This document shows, in pieces, positions 18,904 to 30,770 of a stretch of 64,000 bases of DNA. Positions within the stretch are counted from its first letter, which is position 1, and every line of letters begins with the position of its first letter. The notes below the pieces were generated by a model that did no database searches, was not told the DNA's origin, and saw only the letters and a program-made list of their open reading frames with translations. The position numbers and the translations under genes were made by a program. Source of the stretch: Eledone cirrhosa. Its lineage: Eukaryota. The stretch is from the NCBI GenBank assembly GCA_964016885.1, contig OZ024741.1, positions 359,972,001-360,036,000 on the forward strand, written 5' to 3'.

Positions 18904-20628
18904 CTACCTTTCCGCTTCCCGGGGTTCGGGTTGCACGACTTCCATGGGGTCGGGGGTGTTGGGTGAAGGGGTGTCTTGTGGTGGTGTGGGGTCGTCGGTG
19001 TGTGGTGGGGGTGGGGTGTTTGGAGTTGTGTTGGGGAGGGGAAGGGGAGGGGGAAAGCTTTTTAGTAGGACGCGGTTTATGGGTTTGACAGAGGGTGGTC
19101 CTACGTCCTCCTTAAAATCCTTTTTTAGTTTTTGGTAGAGGTTCATTGGGATTTTTATTAGTTTTAAATGTGGGTGGTTTTCTGATGAAACAAAGTTTAC
19201 ACCTTCGGTTTGTACCGAAGGATTATTGTATATGAGTTCATTTAATTTATTATTGTTTCTGTTGATGTAAGTATAGTGTAATGTCTTTTTTTCCGATGGT
19301 GTGAGTGTTTCGAAGAGGGGAGGGGCAGGTTTGGTTTTGTTTGTTGCTGGAGGGGTGTTTTCTGTTTTGTTAGATTGTGTTGCGATTTGGGTGGGGGTTG
19401 TTTGTCCTTGTGTGTTTTGCACATGTTTTCTTTTTTTCCTTTTAATCTGTCTGAAGGACTCCGTTTCTTCCTCCGAATTCGTTGGGTTATCTTCAGTGTT
19501 GGAGGGAAGAGGTATGTTTGCTGGTAATGTTTCCGTGTTGGTTTTCTTTGTGGGGGAGATGGATGTCACTATGTTAGACTGTGTTGTGTGTTGTGTCTGC
19601 GGTGGTTGTGTTGTTTTATTGAGTGAGAGGTTGGGTGGGCCTGTATTTTGTTTTGGGGTAATGTGTTGTGACTGTTTGTGTTGTGGTGGTGTTGTGGTGT
19701 TACTGAGGGACGGGTTGGGTGGGACTGAGTTTTGTTGTTTGTTTATCTGTTGTGGTGGTGGTGGTGGAGCTGGTGTTGGTAGCAGGGTTTTCTTTTTGTT
19801 GAGTTGGGGACAAGCGGCCTTCAGGTGCCCTCTGCCTGCACAGATATGGCAGGACGGCCTTCTCCCCTCCACGCTAATGTTTATATACCCGTGGTCCTCT
19901 AATAGGATTCTGTCGGGTATTTGGGCGATGCGTTCAGGCTTCATTTGTACTACCAGCTCTATACCTGTTCCACTGAACGCATTGCCTGTGGTTTTCCCAA
20001 TGGAAATCACGTTGTCATTCACTGGATCGATGAAGCCAGCTATGAGCCAGCAGTAGTCCACATCTGGCATCATTGCATCCAGCCATATGCGTTGAGTTTT
20101 TTTCCCCATATAAGATGGATAAAAGGTGAAATTTTTCGAACGAATCGGTGACAAAGCACATTTTTTTGCCGCCGATTCGTTCTTCATGATAATTGCTAGG
20201 CTTCCATACAGTCTGTCTTTTCTTATGAAAGTTGTTTCATTCAGTACTTCTGCGAGTACTGTTTTGATATCTGCTTGAGAAGGCTGTTCAGGTTTTTTTG
20301 TACTGTTGTTGATGGTCCGAAACTTGACCGTTCGGCTTTCAATGTCTTTCGTGAATTCTTGAGGCATTTTTACCAATAAAATACCATTCTCACCTTCACT
20401 TATGTATTGTTTTGCGTCCGTGATCCTTCGTACCACATCTGAAATGTTTTCCGCTATATAAGTCAAAGATTTCTTTGTTTTCTGTGCAAATGAAATCTTG
20501 TCGTCTGCTTTGTTTTCTGATATTATGTTATTTTCAACTGTTATTTTTTTGTTTGTTGTGTCTTTGTTTGTGTTATTAGTATTGTCATGCAATTTTTCAA
20601 ATTTTTTTTTCTTCGTTGTTTTCGTCAT
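18904..20628 (-). CDS. ORF1 of Tx1-A copy 2
   Basis: Same translation as copy 1. Confidence 0.88.
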   Translation of the reverse strand: MTKTTKKKKFEKLHDNTNNTNKDTTNKKITVENNIISENKADDKISFAQKTKKSLTYIAENISDVVRRITDAKQYISEGENGILLVKMPQEFTKDIESRTVKFRTINNSTKKPEQPSQADIKTVLAEVLNETTFIRKDRLYGSLAIIMKNESAAKKCALSPIRSKNFTFYPSYMGKKTQRIWLDAMMPDVDYCWLIAGFIDPVNDNVISIGKTTGNAFSGTGIELVVQMKPERIAQIPDRILLEDHGYINISVEGRRPSCHICAGRGHLKAACPQLNKKKTLLPTPAPPPPPQQINKQQNSVPPNPSLSNTTTPPQHKQSQHITPKQNTGPPNLSLNKTTQPPQTQHTTQSNIVTSISPTKKTNTETLPANIPLPSNTEDNPTNSEEETESFRQIKRKKRKHVQNTQGQTTPTQIATQSNKTENTPPATNKTKPAPPLFETLTPSEKKTLHYTYINRNNNKLNELIYNNPSVQTEGVNFVSSENHPHLKLIKIPMNLYQKLKKDFKEDVGPPSVKPINRVLLKSFPPPLPLPNTTPNTPPPPHTDDPTPPQDTPSPNTPDPMEVVQPEPREAER

Positions 20629-21019
20629 TTAATTTTTTCTCCGCAGATTCGTCCGTTTTTATTTTCATTTTTCCTTCCTTCTCTATGACGTTAGTTGGGA
20701 AGGAAGGGAGGACTAAAGCGTGCGAGCTTACAACTCTTACCGCTGTCCCCCCACCACTATTTTCGTTCGCTGCGTTTAACATTTCTGTTAGACGATTGAA
20801 ATTTTTTACACAAATTTTTTTTTTAAAACAGGTTTTTCACCTCTAGGAGGGGTAAAGATGAGCTGACCCACCGCCTGACAGTTCAGACGGAGGGTCAAGC
20901 TACACAATTGTATCAAAATTAAGTTTGAACTCACAAAATTTCCTCAATAAATTTGAACAAAACTTCTGTGCGAAGTGAATGACATCCACACTGTAGAACA
21001 GACGACAGCTAGATTCGAT

Positions 21020-21059
<40 letters not shown>

Positions 21060-21414
21060 CTAGAGCGAGAGAGCGGGGGGGGGGGGGAGATTAGTTCGTA
21101 GCTAAACCAAATAATTTTGGATGTTGTCTAATTTAGAATGTGTATTTAATCGTCTGCTTGTGTCACGTCTAGAACAGCTAAGAAACATGCGTTCGGCACA
21201 TGCTATTTGTGCAATCCCAAATCTAAGTACAACCTCTCTATTCTCCCACTCCCTATTATAATTCCAATGTTTTGATACAGACAACATTCCTCCTCGGTTT
21301 TTCTAATCCTTTCCGCAAAATAAACAAACCAGTAACTGCTGTTTGCCTTATCGCCTGTTTCTCATTCTCTCTCCCAACCACCACTCTCTTTTTCTGCTTC
21401 ATAATAACTATTTT

Positions 21415-22227
21415 ATATAAGTATGTATACGTACATACATATATGTATACAGACGTACAGTAGTATGTATATATACATACATGCACACATATATATATAT
21501 GTACGTATGGATTCACCGAACATTTATTATAATGCTCGGTGTGTTTGTAAACAAACATCCCGAATTAAGCCGTATAGTGTCTAGCAACCATCGTTGCTCA
21601 TTTGTTCAACACTGACAAAGGAACGCTGTACTAGTTTCAAGCTTATTAGCTATCGTCAGCAACATATACCTTCCTGCCAGATGATTGAACGTCTGAAAGT
21701 ATATACTTTCCTTATGCATATTAACGGCTGAGCAGCCTAATTTGCATATCGAGTGAGTTAATCGGCTGGGGTACCGAAAACGATAAACGGAAAAAATGAA
21801 ACGAAATTTCATTTCTCACTCTTAGTACGGCTGTTACTTAAATATAAGTATGTATACGTACATACATATATGTATACAGACGTACAGTAGTATGTATATA
21901 TATATATATACATACATGCACACATATATATATGTACGTATGGATTCACCGAACATTTATTATAATGCTCGGTATGTTTGTAAACAAACATCCCTAGACA
22001 CTGTACGGCTTAATTCGGGATGTTTGTTTACAAACACACCGAGCATTATATTAAATGTTCGGTGAATCCATACGTACATATATATATATGTGTGCATGTA
22101 TGTATATATATATATATACATACTACTGTACGTCTGTATAGATATATGTATGTACGTATACATACTTATATTTAAGTAACAGCCGTACTAAGAGTGAGAA
22201 ATGAAATTTCGTTTCATTTTTTCCGTT
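21415..22227. repeat. Fold-back insertion containing a ~445-bp palindrome (21784-22229) and a third copy of the arm
   Basis: Arms 21784-21993 and 22017-22229 are reverse complements. 21415-21584 repeats part of the arm. TAATAACTATTTT is duplicated at 21402-21414 and 22228-22240. Confidence 0.85.
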
Positions 22228-22263
22228 TAATAACTATTTTGTTTTCCGACTAACACACATTCA

Positions 22264-23172
22264 GGCACTACCATGCTATTAGCTGTCAGAAGTGAAAGTT
22301 TCGTCAACCTTCTCAATCGTAAACATCGTTTATTTCCGTATTACCAGGCGTTATTTTAATAAAGCATATCGATGTAAGTGGAGTTACTTAAATGAAAATA
22401 TAGAAAACACATTTAAGTTAATTAGAAAACAAGTCATGGTTATCAAATAAATTGGATTTAATCATTTATATTTTCATAGTCATGGTTATCAATGTAGAAA
22501 ACAAGTCATTTTCACCAACAGTGGAATTACTTCTGACAGCTAATACCATGAACTTAAATGAATTTTCACCGACAGTGGAGTTACTTCTGACAGCTAATAC
22601 TATGAACTATATTTCCATAGTCATAGTTATCAATGTAGAAAACAAGTCATTTTCACCAACTTAAATAAAAATATAGGCGGCCCTTAAAAGGGCCAAATTA
22701 GAAAACAAATATATGGTTATCAAATTTTTTTCACCAATCCTATACGTGAAATTGATAACCATGACTATGAAAATATAAATGATTAAATCAAATTTATTTG
22801 ATAACCATGACCTGTTTTCTAATTAACTTAAATTTGTTTTCTAATATTTCTATATTTTCATTTAAGTAACTCCACTTACATCGATATGCTTTATTAAAAT
22901 AACTGTTTCTACTTTTGGCTGAAGGCCAGCAAATACACAGTACATTACTGGTACTCTATTTTATCAACCCCGTAAGGATGAAAGGCAAAGTGAACCTCGG
23001 CGGGATTTGAACTCAGACCGTAAAGGGACGTAACTATGCTGGAAAGCATGGCGTCCGACTCTCTACCGATACTGCCAATCCACTAACGCGTGGTAATACT
23101 TAAATAAACGATGTTTACGATTGAGGAGGTTGACGAAACTTTCACTTCTGACAGCTAATAGCATGGTAGTGC
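22264..23172. mobile_element. Foldback/MITE-like element with ~230-bp inverted arms; right arm interrupted by a SINE
   Basis: 22264-22352 pairs with 23083-23172 and 22351-22493 pairs with 22751-22902. A SINE (minus strand) occupies 22904-23082. Confidence 0.8.
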
Positions 23173-23320
23173 CCACATTCATATAAGAGAAACTTATAAA
23201 CATACACGCATTTGTGCGCGCGCCAAACATACACAAACGATCGCTTGAATTTCTAGAAATAGCAGCCAAACCTCCTTCAAATCACAAACTACTAACAATA
23301 AAAAACTATAAAAAAAGTAG

Positions 23321-23691
23321 TGTAGCGGTTGTCTCCCTTGTTTGGATTAAGATCTAGACGGGAAGTAGAACCCTTTCTGCAACTTCCGGTCAGAACCCTA
23401 TAAAACTAACAACTTTAAGTTCTCACTCTCTCATTGCCTTTTCGGCACCAGGCCAAGAGCCCCTCATTAGGCTCTGCCTCTCATTTGGCCAAACAGGCGC
23501 CTGGCCTTAGCCAGGCGTCCTCTGCCAGCCGCGTTTGCCTGGCAATCAAAACGGTAACTACTAACTTTGTTTCATTCTATCATCTATTTCTTTGACATGT
23601 CAACTATACTATCTACCATTGTTAATTAAATATTATACACACAAACAATGTATTCCTTGTTACATTCATGCAACCCAGTACTCTCGCTATA
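23321..23691 (+). mobile_element. Solo LTR
   Basis: TGTAGCG...CGCTATA ends, 4-bp TSD GTAG on both sides, internal CCTATAAAA. Confidence 0.7.
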
Positions 23692-24381
23692 GTAGTTTAT
23701 GATACTCTATTCTAAGAAAAAATATAGAGTAATCAAGGATGGGTCGACTTGGAGTTAAACAACGGTAACCACACATAAGCACTATATATCATTATCATCA
23801 TTAGTTTTACATCCATCCTTGAATGCTTGCATGGGTTGGATGAGTCCTGTGCAACATAGCTTCTCATCGCTTGTCTTTTGCTTGGCTGCCTTCTACTCAG
23901 AATTCCTGAAACTTCTACCCCTGAAGGCAACCTCACTAGTGCTGATGAATTGACAAAGTCGTTAGGGCATCAGTTTAAATGACTCAGCATTTCTTACAGA
24001 TCACTGCACTCTATGTTCAAATCTCACTGAGGTCAACTTTGCATTTCATTCTATCTGAACCAACAAAGTTCCAGTCGAAGGGCTGTGGATCGACAGAATT
24101 ATTAAAGAGTCAGATGGGTTGCTTTGTGGTATCCGATCCATCTCTGAACCTTCTGAGTTTATATCTCACCTCCTTCTGCCAGGAGTTCCGACTGGCAGAT
24201 AGCATCCGTAATGAAAAGATCAATGGAAACACTGTTTTATTGGCCCAATCTGGTGATCAGATTTTTATTAATGGAAAATTACCAACCAAAAAACTAATAT
24301 AGTTTCAGCACACATCAAATAAACTATGAAATGAAGCTAATCAGGTGTTAACTGATGATTTTGTCATTCCCATGATAAATT

Positions 24382-26496
24382 TGTAGCTAGCTATTTTCCT
24401 TTGGCGCATTGATACCTTTTCCGTTTATGATTTGGCTAAGTTAAGCCAATCGTTATCCGCGCACAGATATGTATTTTCAACTTCCGCCCAAACGGAGAAT
24501 TTCCCGCTTCTTTTAATAAATTCGATCTCTTGCAGCTTGACCTTGCTAAGATAAACATCAATTCTTCTTTTGCTCCGCAAGCACGAACAATATGTAACGA
24601 CAAAACATTACTACGAGCCTGACGAACGCCTCAGTCAGTCGACCGTACCTTCTCTTGTAATCTTAATTGGTTTATTTCATTTTTTTTGGCATGCCAGCTT
24701 AATCCACCTCTTAACCTTTGTTAATAAATTATGTAAAAACATGCTAAAGTCTTGTGATGCTATTTACCACAGCCATTGCCTTTAAATGTGATATGGAAAT
24801 ATTCTTTCCAGAGTTATATTCACAGCAACAACAGCTTGAGACTTACAGCCGAACCTCAATTCAACTTACATGTATTGATATAACAAACTCTACCTTTCCT
24901 ATTACAAACAAATACATTATTGTTACATATTCTCGTTGACATTACTTGATACTATACTGATGACATACTACATCATCATTATATTTTGTAAACTGCTTCC
25001 CTGGTGACCTCTGTTGATACACAATACACAAATACAAATATTATCATTCCAGTTAATAACCTTTAAAATTCTGTTAAACTAGTGACCCGCCGTGCGAACA
25101 TTTCCGGACTAAATATTCCTCTAATACATGGCTTCCATTAGTAACATCATCAACTTCAACAACAGCAGCAGCAGCGACGCAACAGCATCAACGATGTGGC
25201 AGCATTATAGTTTTACCGCTGTACCCACCACACCTACAAATAGCAGGAAAAACAGCTACAATTACGTCACCAACGAGCCAACAATAGATTCAACCTCTTG
25301 CTTTATTTTCAAAGCAACTTTAGCCATTTTTCTGGCTGTCAAGCACTTTCGACATTCACTGGGAGGCCGACAATTTCTGGCCTACCCATCAATTCCTTGC
25401 CAGCACCTGCGAATATTGACTCACATTTTATGGCTGCAGAACAGCCACCCTAGAGTCGTTGGGCCTCTCTTCGCCGGAATTAGCAATCGTCAAATGTAGA
25501 TACCTGCCTCTATACAGTTCTGGTAAAACGATTACCATAACAGCTTCATCCACACAGCTCTGGTAAAACGATTACCATAACAGTTCTGATACAACATTTA
25601 CCATAACAGCTATACAGCTCTGGTAAATTACCATAATAGCTTCATCTACACAGCTCTGGTAAAATGATTACCATAACAGCTTCATCTACACAGCTCTGGT
25701 ACAATATTTACCATAACAGCTAGTCATTTGACACAGCGACTTACAATTTTCTTCTTGCATGCATTCATTCTTTCGTTCAATTTTTTTCATTGGTGTACTC
25801 TTTTTCAGCATTTTCTTACTGGATCAATGCGAATTTAATCTTATTTATTGCCCTTCCGGTCTAAACAGGGAGTATTGTAGCAAGCTACTTTCCTTTGGCG
25901 CATTGATACCATTTCCGTTTGTGATTTGGCTAAGTTAAGCCAATCGTTACCCGCGCACGGATATGTATTTTCAACTTCCGCCCAAACGGAGAATTTCCCA
26001 CTTCTTTTAATAAATTCGATCTCTTGCAGCTTGACCTTGCTAAGGTAAACACCAATTCTTCTTTTGCTCCGCAAGGCACGAACAATATGTAACGACAAAA
26101 CATTACTACAGGCCTGGCCAACGCCTCAGCCAGTCGACCGTACCTTCTCTTGCAATCTTAATTGGTTTATTTCATTTCTTTTGGCATGCCAGCTTAATCC
26201 ACCTCTTAACCTTTGTTAATAAATTATGTAAAAACATGCTAAAGTCTTGTGATGCTATTTACCACAGCCATTGTCTTTAAATGTGATATGGAAATATTCT
26301 TTCCAGAGTTATATTCACAGCAACAACAGCTTGAGACTTACAGCCGAACCTCAATTCAACTTACATGTATTGATATAACAAACCATACCTTTCCATTTAC
26401 AAACAAATACATTGTTATTTCATATTCTGGTTACATATTACTTGCTGCTAGCTTGGTGAACTCTGTTGACACTTGCACAATACAAAATACATAACA
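24382..26496 (+). mobile_element. Internally deleted Gypsy (CsRn1-like) LTR element
   Basis: LTR-like direct repeats start TGTAG at 24382 and 25876. PBS-like TAGTGACCCGCCGTG at ~25080, an RNase H remnant LAIFLAVKHFRHSLGGRQF, and PPT-like AAACAGGGAGTA before the 3' LTR. Right boundary is approximate. Confidence 0.72.
25512..25721. repeat. ~28-38 bp minisatellite inside the deleted Gypsy element
   Basis: Repeats of ACAGCTCTGGTAAAACGATTACCATAACAGCTTCATC. Confidence 0.9.
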
Positions 26497-27982
26497 ACTA
26501 TTAATTATTATATCTTATAACTGCTTCAAATTGCTGGCAACTACAAACCTCTCAGAAAGCGACCAATACTTCAACAGCTTGCAATCCTCTTGTTGTTGGG
26601 CGATGAAGCCTATGTCTGTCACCAAATGCACTAGTTTGCCGCTGGAGAAACACTACCGATGTACTTACTACATTTGATAATTAACATTTATAGTTTTAAT
26701 CTATGTAGGCGGATTAAAACTATAAATGTTAACGATTATTAAATGTCAAAGACCTCAATCATACATCAATACGAGGAGGGATGCTTCTGTGTCTGTACAT
26801 ATACTCACGGGTACCAAATAATAGGGGGTGGGGTTAAATAAGCGAGGGCAGGGGATTGCAAAATCGATAATTTTTGTAGGTTGTCTCTATTGATTTAAAA
26901 AATAAAATCAGAATCAGTCGTTTACTTTACATATTGAAACCCCAACCCATCCTATTTTATAACATATGGGATTTCTAGTAATGTACTTTTTTTGTCATGT
27001 ATAATGTTTTTTAATATATAAAGTAATAATAATTGTTTCTACTTTAGGTACAAGGCCACCAATTACCCAGTGCATTACTGGTACTTTATTTTATCGACCT
27101 CGTAAGGATGAAAGGCAAAGTCAACCTCGGCGGGATTGTGAACTCAGATCGTAACTATGCTGGAAAGCATGATGTCCGACCCTCTACCGATACTGCCACC
27201 ATGAAATGTGTACAGTGCTCAGGCTCACTAAAGAAAATTATATAAATTTACACAAATAAAATACACAACTCAACATTTTACATTGTATTTCTTAATATAT
27301 TCTATTAATGTTATTCTGGCAATTTTGTGTTACAGCCATGGCTAAACGATAGAGAACAATATAATATTATATATATATATATGAATCACTACCTCTCTAC
27401 GGACAACTGACGTTGCACACAAGGTCCGGACACGGAAGAGCCGAACTCCCACTGTTATCGCCTCCATCTCTCTCGCCCTCCCAATCTCTCTGTACTACGA
27501 GCAAATGGGGTCCAACGTGCTGGCTGTTCCACGGCCTCGGCGGACAGAATGGAGAAGGCGCCTATGGTGGTAAGTAGGGAAGTAGCCCTAGAGCTAAGGA
27601 CACCAGAACTCTCACAATTGTAGACTAAATTATATGGTTTCGGTACTGAGGTTTGCAGTTTAGTAAATAACTAACAAGGATCTTATCATTACAACGATGG
27701 CTATCAGTGTGGTTCTGTTTGATTTTGAAGGTTGTTGCGTGGGACAGGACACATGACTTGTGAATGTAAAAATAATGGGCTTGACATGGAGGAATGTTGT
27801 TTTTGAGGCTGGACACTGAGATATGTTCTTTAAAGATAGAGAACTGGATATAGGGAATTGTTTCACAAATTCTTATGTTTATATGCATAAATGAATGGAC
27901 ATCTAGGGTGCCCATGAACATTTAAAAAAATGGATTTATGGTGCTATATAAGTGTATTATTGTTGTTGGTGAATGTACACTA

Positions 27983-28304
27983 GAGATTAAGGGTTAGATA
28001 TTGAGAAATTCTGTTCAGAGATGGTGGGTTGGATATTGACGAATTCTGTACAAAGATGGCAGGTTAGATATTGAGGAATTCTATACAGAGATGGTAGGTT
28101 AGATATTGAGGAATTCTGTACAGAGATGGCAGGTTAGATATTGAGGAATTCTATACAGAGATGGTAGGTTAGATATTGAGGAATTCTATACCGAGATGGT
28201 AGGTTAGATATTGAGGAATTCTGTACAGAGATGGTAGGTTAGATATTGAGGAATTCTGTACAGAGATGGCAGGTTAGATATTGAGGAATTCTATACAGAG
28301 ATGG
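27983..28304. repeat. 35-bp minisatellite, ~9 copies
   Basis: The unit GAGATGGTAGGTTAGATATTGAGGAATTCTGTACA is repeated. Confidence 0.95.
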
Positions 28305-30094
28305 AAAGTGTGAACCAGACTTTGAGGAAAGTTCTTGATAAAAACCGAACACATTGGATGATGATGATTTTATTGAGCGATTCTGGTACCTACTGTTAAT
28401 AATACTGTCATTAGTTTCAATTATAATTAAAAGTCTTAGGTTTTACAAATACTAAGAAAATAAGGAAGGAATAATAGCTGAAGTCCACCATTCCTAGTGA
28501 GTTGTATTCAGAAAAAAAACAACAAAAATAAATAAAACGCGCTTAAGAAAAGTACAGATATAGATAAGCACAATAAATAGAATAAATTAAGCATTAACTG
28601 CTATTGTGAATTGGCAGTATCGGTAGAGGGTTGGACGCCATGTTTTCTAGCATAGCTACGTCCCTTTACAGTCTGAGTTCAAATCCCGCCGAGGTTAACT
28701 TTGCCTTTCATACTTACGGGGTCGATAAAATAAAGTACCAGTAATGTACTGGGTAATTGCTGGCCTTGTGCCTAAAGTAGAAACAATTATTGGTACAGCA
28801 TCAATTGTCCAGCAACTGATTGTATGGCATGTCTTTTCATCCGGTCATAACTACAAGCAGAAACTTTAATTTTTTGTCACCAAATAGAGTAATTGGCTGT
28901 GAGGTCATAGGCTCTCTGTTTGTCATTTGTAGTCATGTCTAGTTATCTAGATTTTTGTGGCATTTCGAAAGAAAGTAGGAGAACCATCAGGAACAACGTG
29001 GAGGCAACAGAGAGGTCATCTAGATGGTTATGGCTAATGGGGTAATTAATATGTCACTTGGACACAGATTGTGGCTTGATTAACTTCGGTTGGGTCAACC
29101 TAGATGAGGATGTATACTGTAAGACCCGAAACACCTAATGACTCGAGGATACAACACGGATGATGTATGAAAAACATTCATCTGTAGTTATGGCTTCAAA
29201 ACAGTACAATTGTCGAAATATTTGTGCTTTTATATGAATATAGTTAAAGTATAAGGAGAGAATTTCCACCATCATAATGTATTTTAAAGGAATAAACAAA
29301 CGTATGTTGTAAAGGTTTACTAACTAAAAGTTATTAATAACATGGCGGAAGTCTCCCAGAAAGTTATCTTAATTATTGGTTTCTTATATAGGCACAAGGT
29401 CAATGATTTTGGGGGAGGGGAAAGTCGATTAAATCGACCCCAGTGCGTGACTGGTACTTTATTTTATCGACCCCGCAAAGTTAACCTCCGCGGGATTTGA
29501 ACTCAGATCATAAAGGGCCGTAACTCTTTGCTGCAATGCATGGCGTCTGACTCTCTACCGATACTGCCAATCCACCGCCCTAAAATTACTCTTAATTATT
29601 ATTACTTGATTTCAGTCAGTTTGGCGAAACAACTAATTCTGCATGGATCTAGAAGCAAAGGTGCCGGAAAACCGCTGTTGTATCTATTATTTATAAAATC
29701 ATTTAGTAAACAAGAAAATATCTGCCTAAGCTGGAATAACAGAGTTGCCTCCCATGTACAACTTTAATCTCTACATTTAAATAAGATTTTTTAAAATTGT
29801 TAGCGTGTTGGATATAAATGCATCCTGCTATTAGTTCAATCATCTTCCATTAATGTTCAAATCTAACCGTCATCAACATTTTTTTTACCCCTCGGTCGAT
29901 GAAATAACTCACCAGACAAATACTGAGGTCGATTTTATCGATTGCTAATTTATACCAACATACAATGTGTTATCGTACACTAGAGCCCAAATTTATGCTC
30001 AACCGTGGGGCTCCGACCACAGGTAAAGTGATACGTCGGGTGGAGTACATTGACGTCACATCTTTAGTATATATCTGTAATACCTAAGCTTTTT

Positions 30095-30770
30095 CGTAGC
30101 ATCACTCAGCAAGACCTTTGTCAGCCGCTCTCCAGCTATCTTTTTAAAGCTGTATATAGCTATGGTGCGGCTACACTTAAAATTTGCATCACCAGTCAGG
30201 AACCCTTATCTTGCTCAGAACATTGACCACTTGGAAACTGTTCAGAGACGTGCAACCAAGCGAATACCCTCCATCAGGCATCTACGATACTCTGAGCGCC
30301 TTACTTCCCTGGGCATGGATACATTGAAGCACCGACGTCTGGCAACTGACTTGGTAAACACCCACAAAATTATCAACCATCTTGCCAACAACAACCCTGA
30401 GTACCTTTTTGATTTCCATGTTTCTAACTCACGTGGGCATGCCAACAAAGTCAGAAAACAGCACAGCTCCCATGACTTTCGGAAACATTTTTTCACGCTC
30501 AGAGTTGCTGAAGTATGGGACAAACTCCCTGCATCAGTTGTTAGCTGTCGAGACACTGCATCCTTTAAAACCTCCATGCTTCCTGAGATTCGCCAACACT
30601 ACACCTTATATACCCCCCTCCATACACACGTACACATGTATATCATGACTCAAACACTGTTCACTTCCCTGACATTTGTATATTATTCTATGTACTATAC
30701 ATGCACCTTTGATGAGCTGTAGTGCACCTGAGCACTGTACACAATAATTTCATTATTATTATTATTATTT
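30095..30770 (+). mobile_element. 5'-truncated CR1/L2-group LINE 3' end with (ATT)n tail
   Basis: VRLHLKFASPV.NPY...IDHLETVQRRATKRIP...YSERL..LG...RRL..DL...SRGH..K...RKHFFTLRV...WDKLP, then a short 3'UTR and (ATT)n. Confidence 0.85.

Larger units (their letters stand above)
15218..21019 (-). mobile_element. Full-length Tx1-A copy 2, head-to-tail with copy 1 (period 5811 bp)
   Basis: Near-identical to 9407-15208. Separated from it only by ATAGATAGA and followed by (TAGA)~10 at 21021-21059. Confidence 0.93.

Noticed and set aside
27625-27921. Possible PLE GIY-YIG remnant
   Set aside because: Only a vague resemblance; catalytic motifs are not recognisable.
27983-28304. 35-bp repeats as a CRISPR array
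   Set aside because: Units are contiguous with no unique spacers, and the context is eukaryotic; this is a minisatellite.
29082-29150. Possible further hammerhead (TAGATGA...CGAAAC)
   Set aside because: The core deviates from CUGANGA and stems II/III do not pair convincingly; at best a decayed relic.
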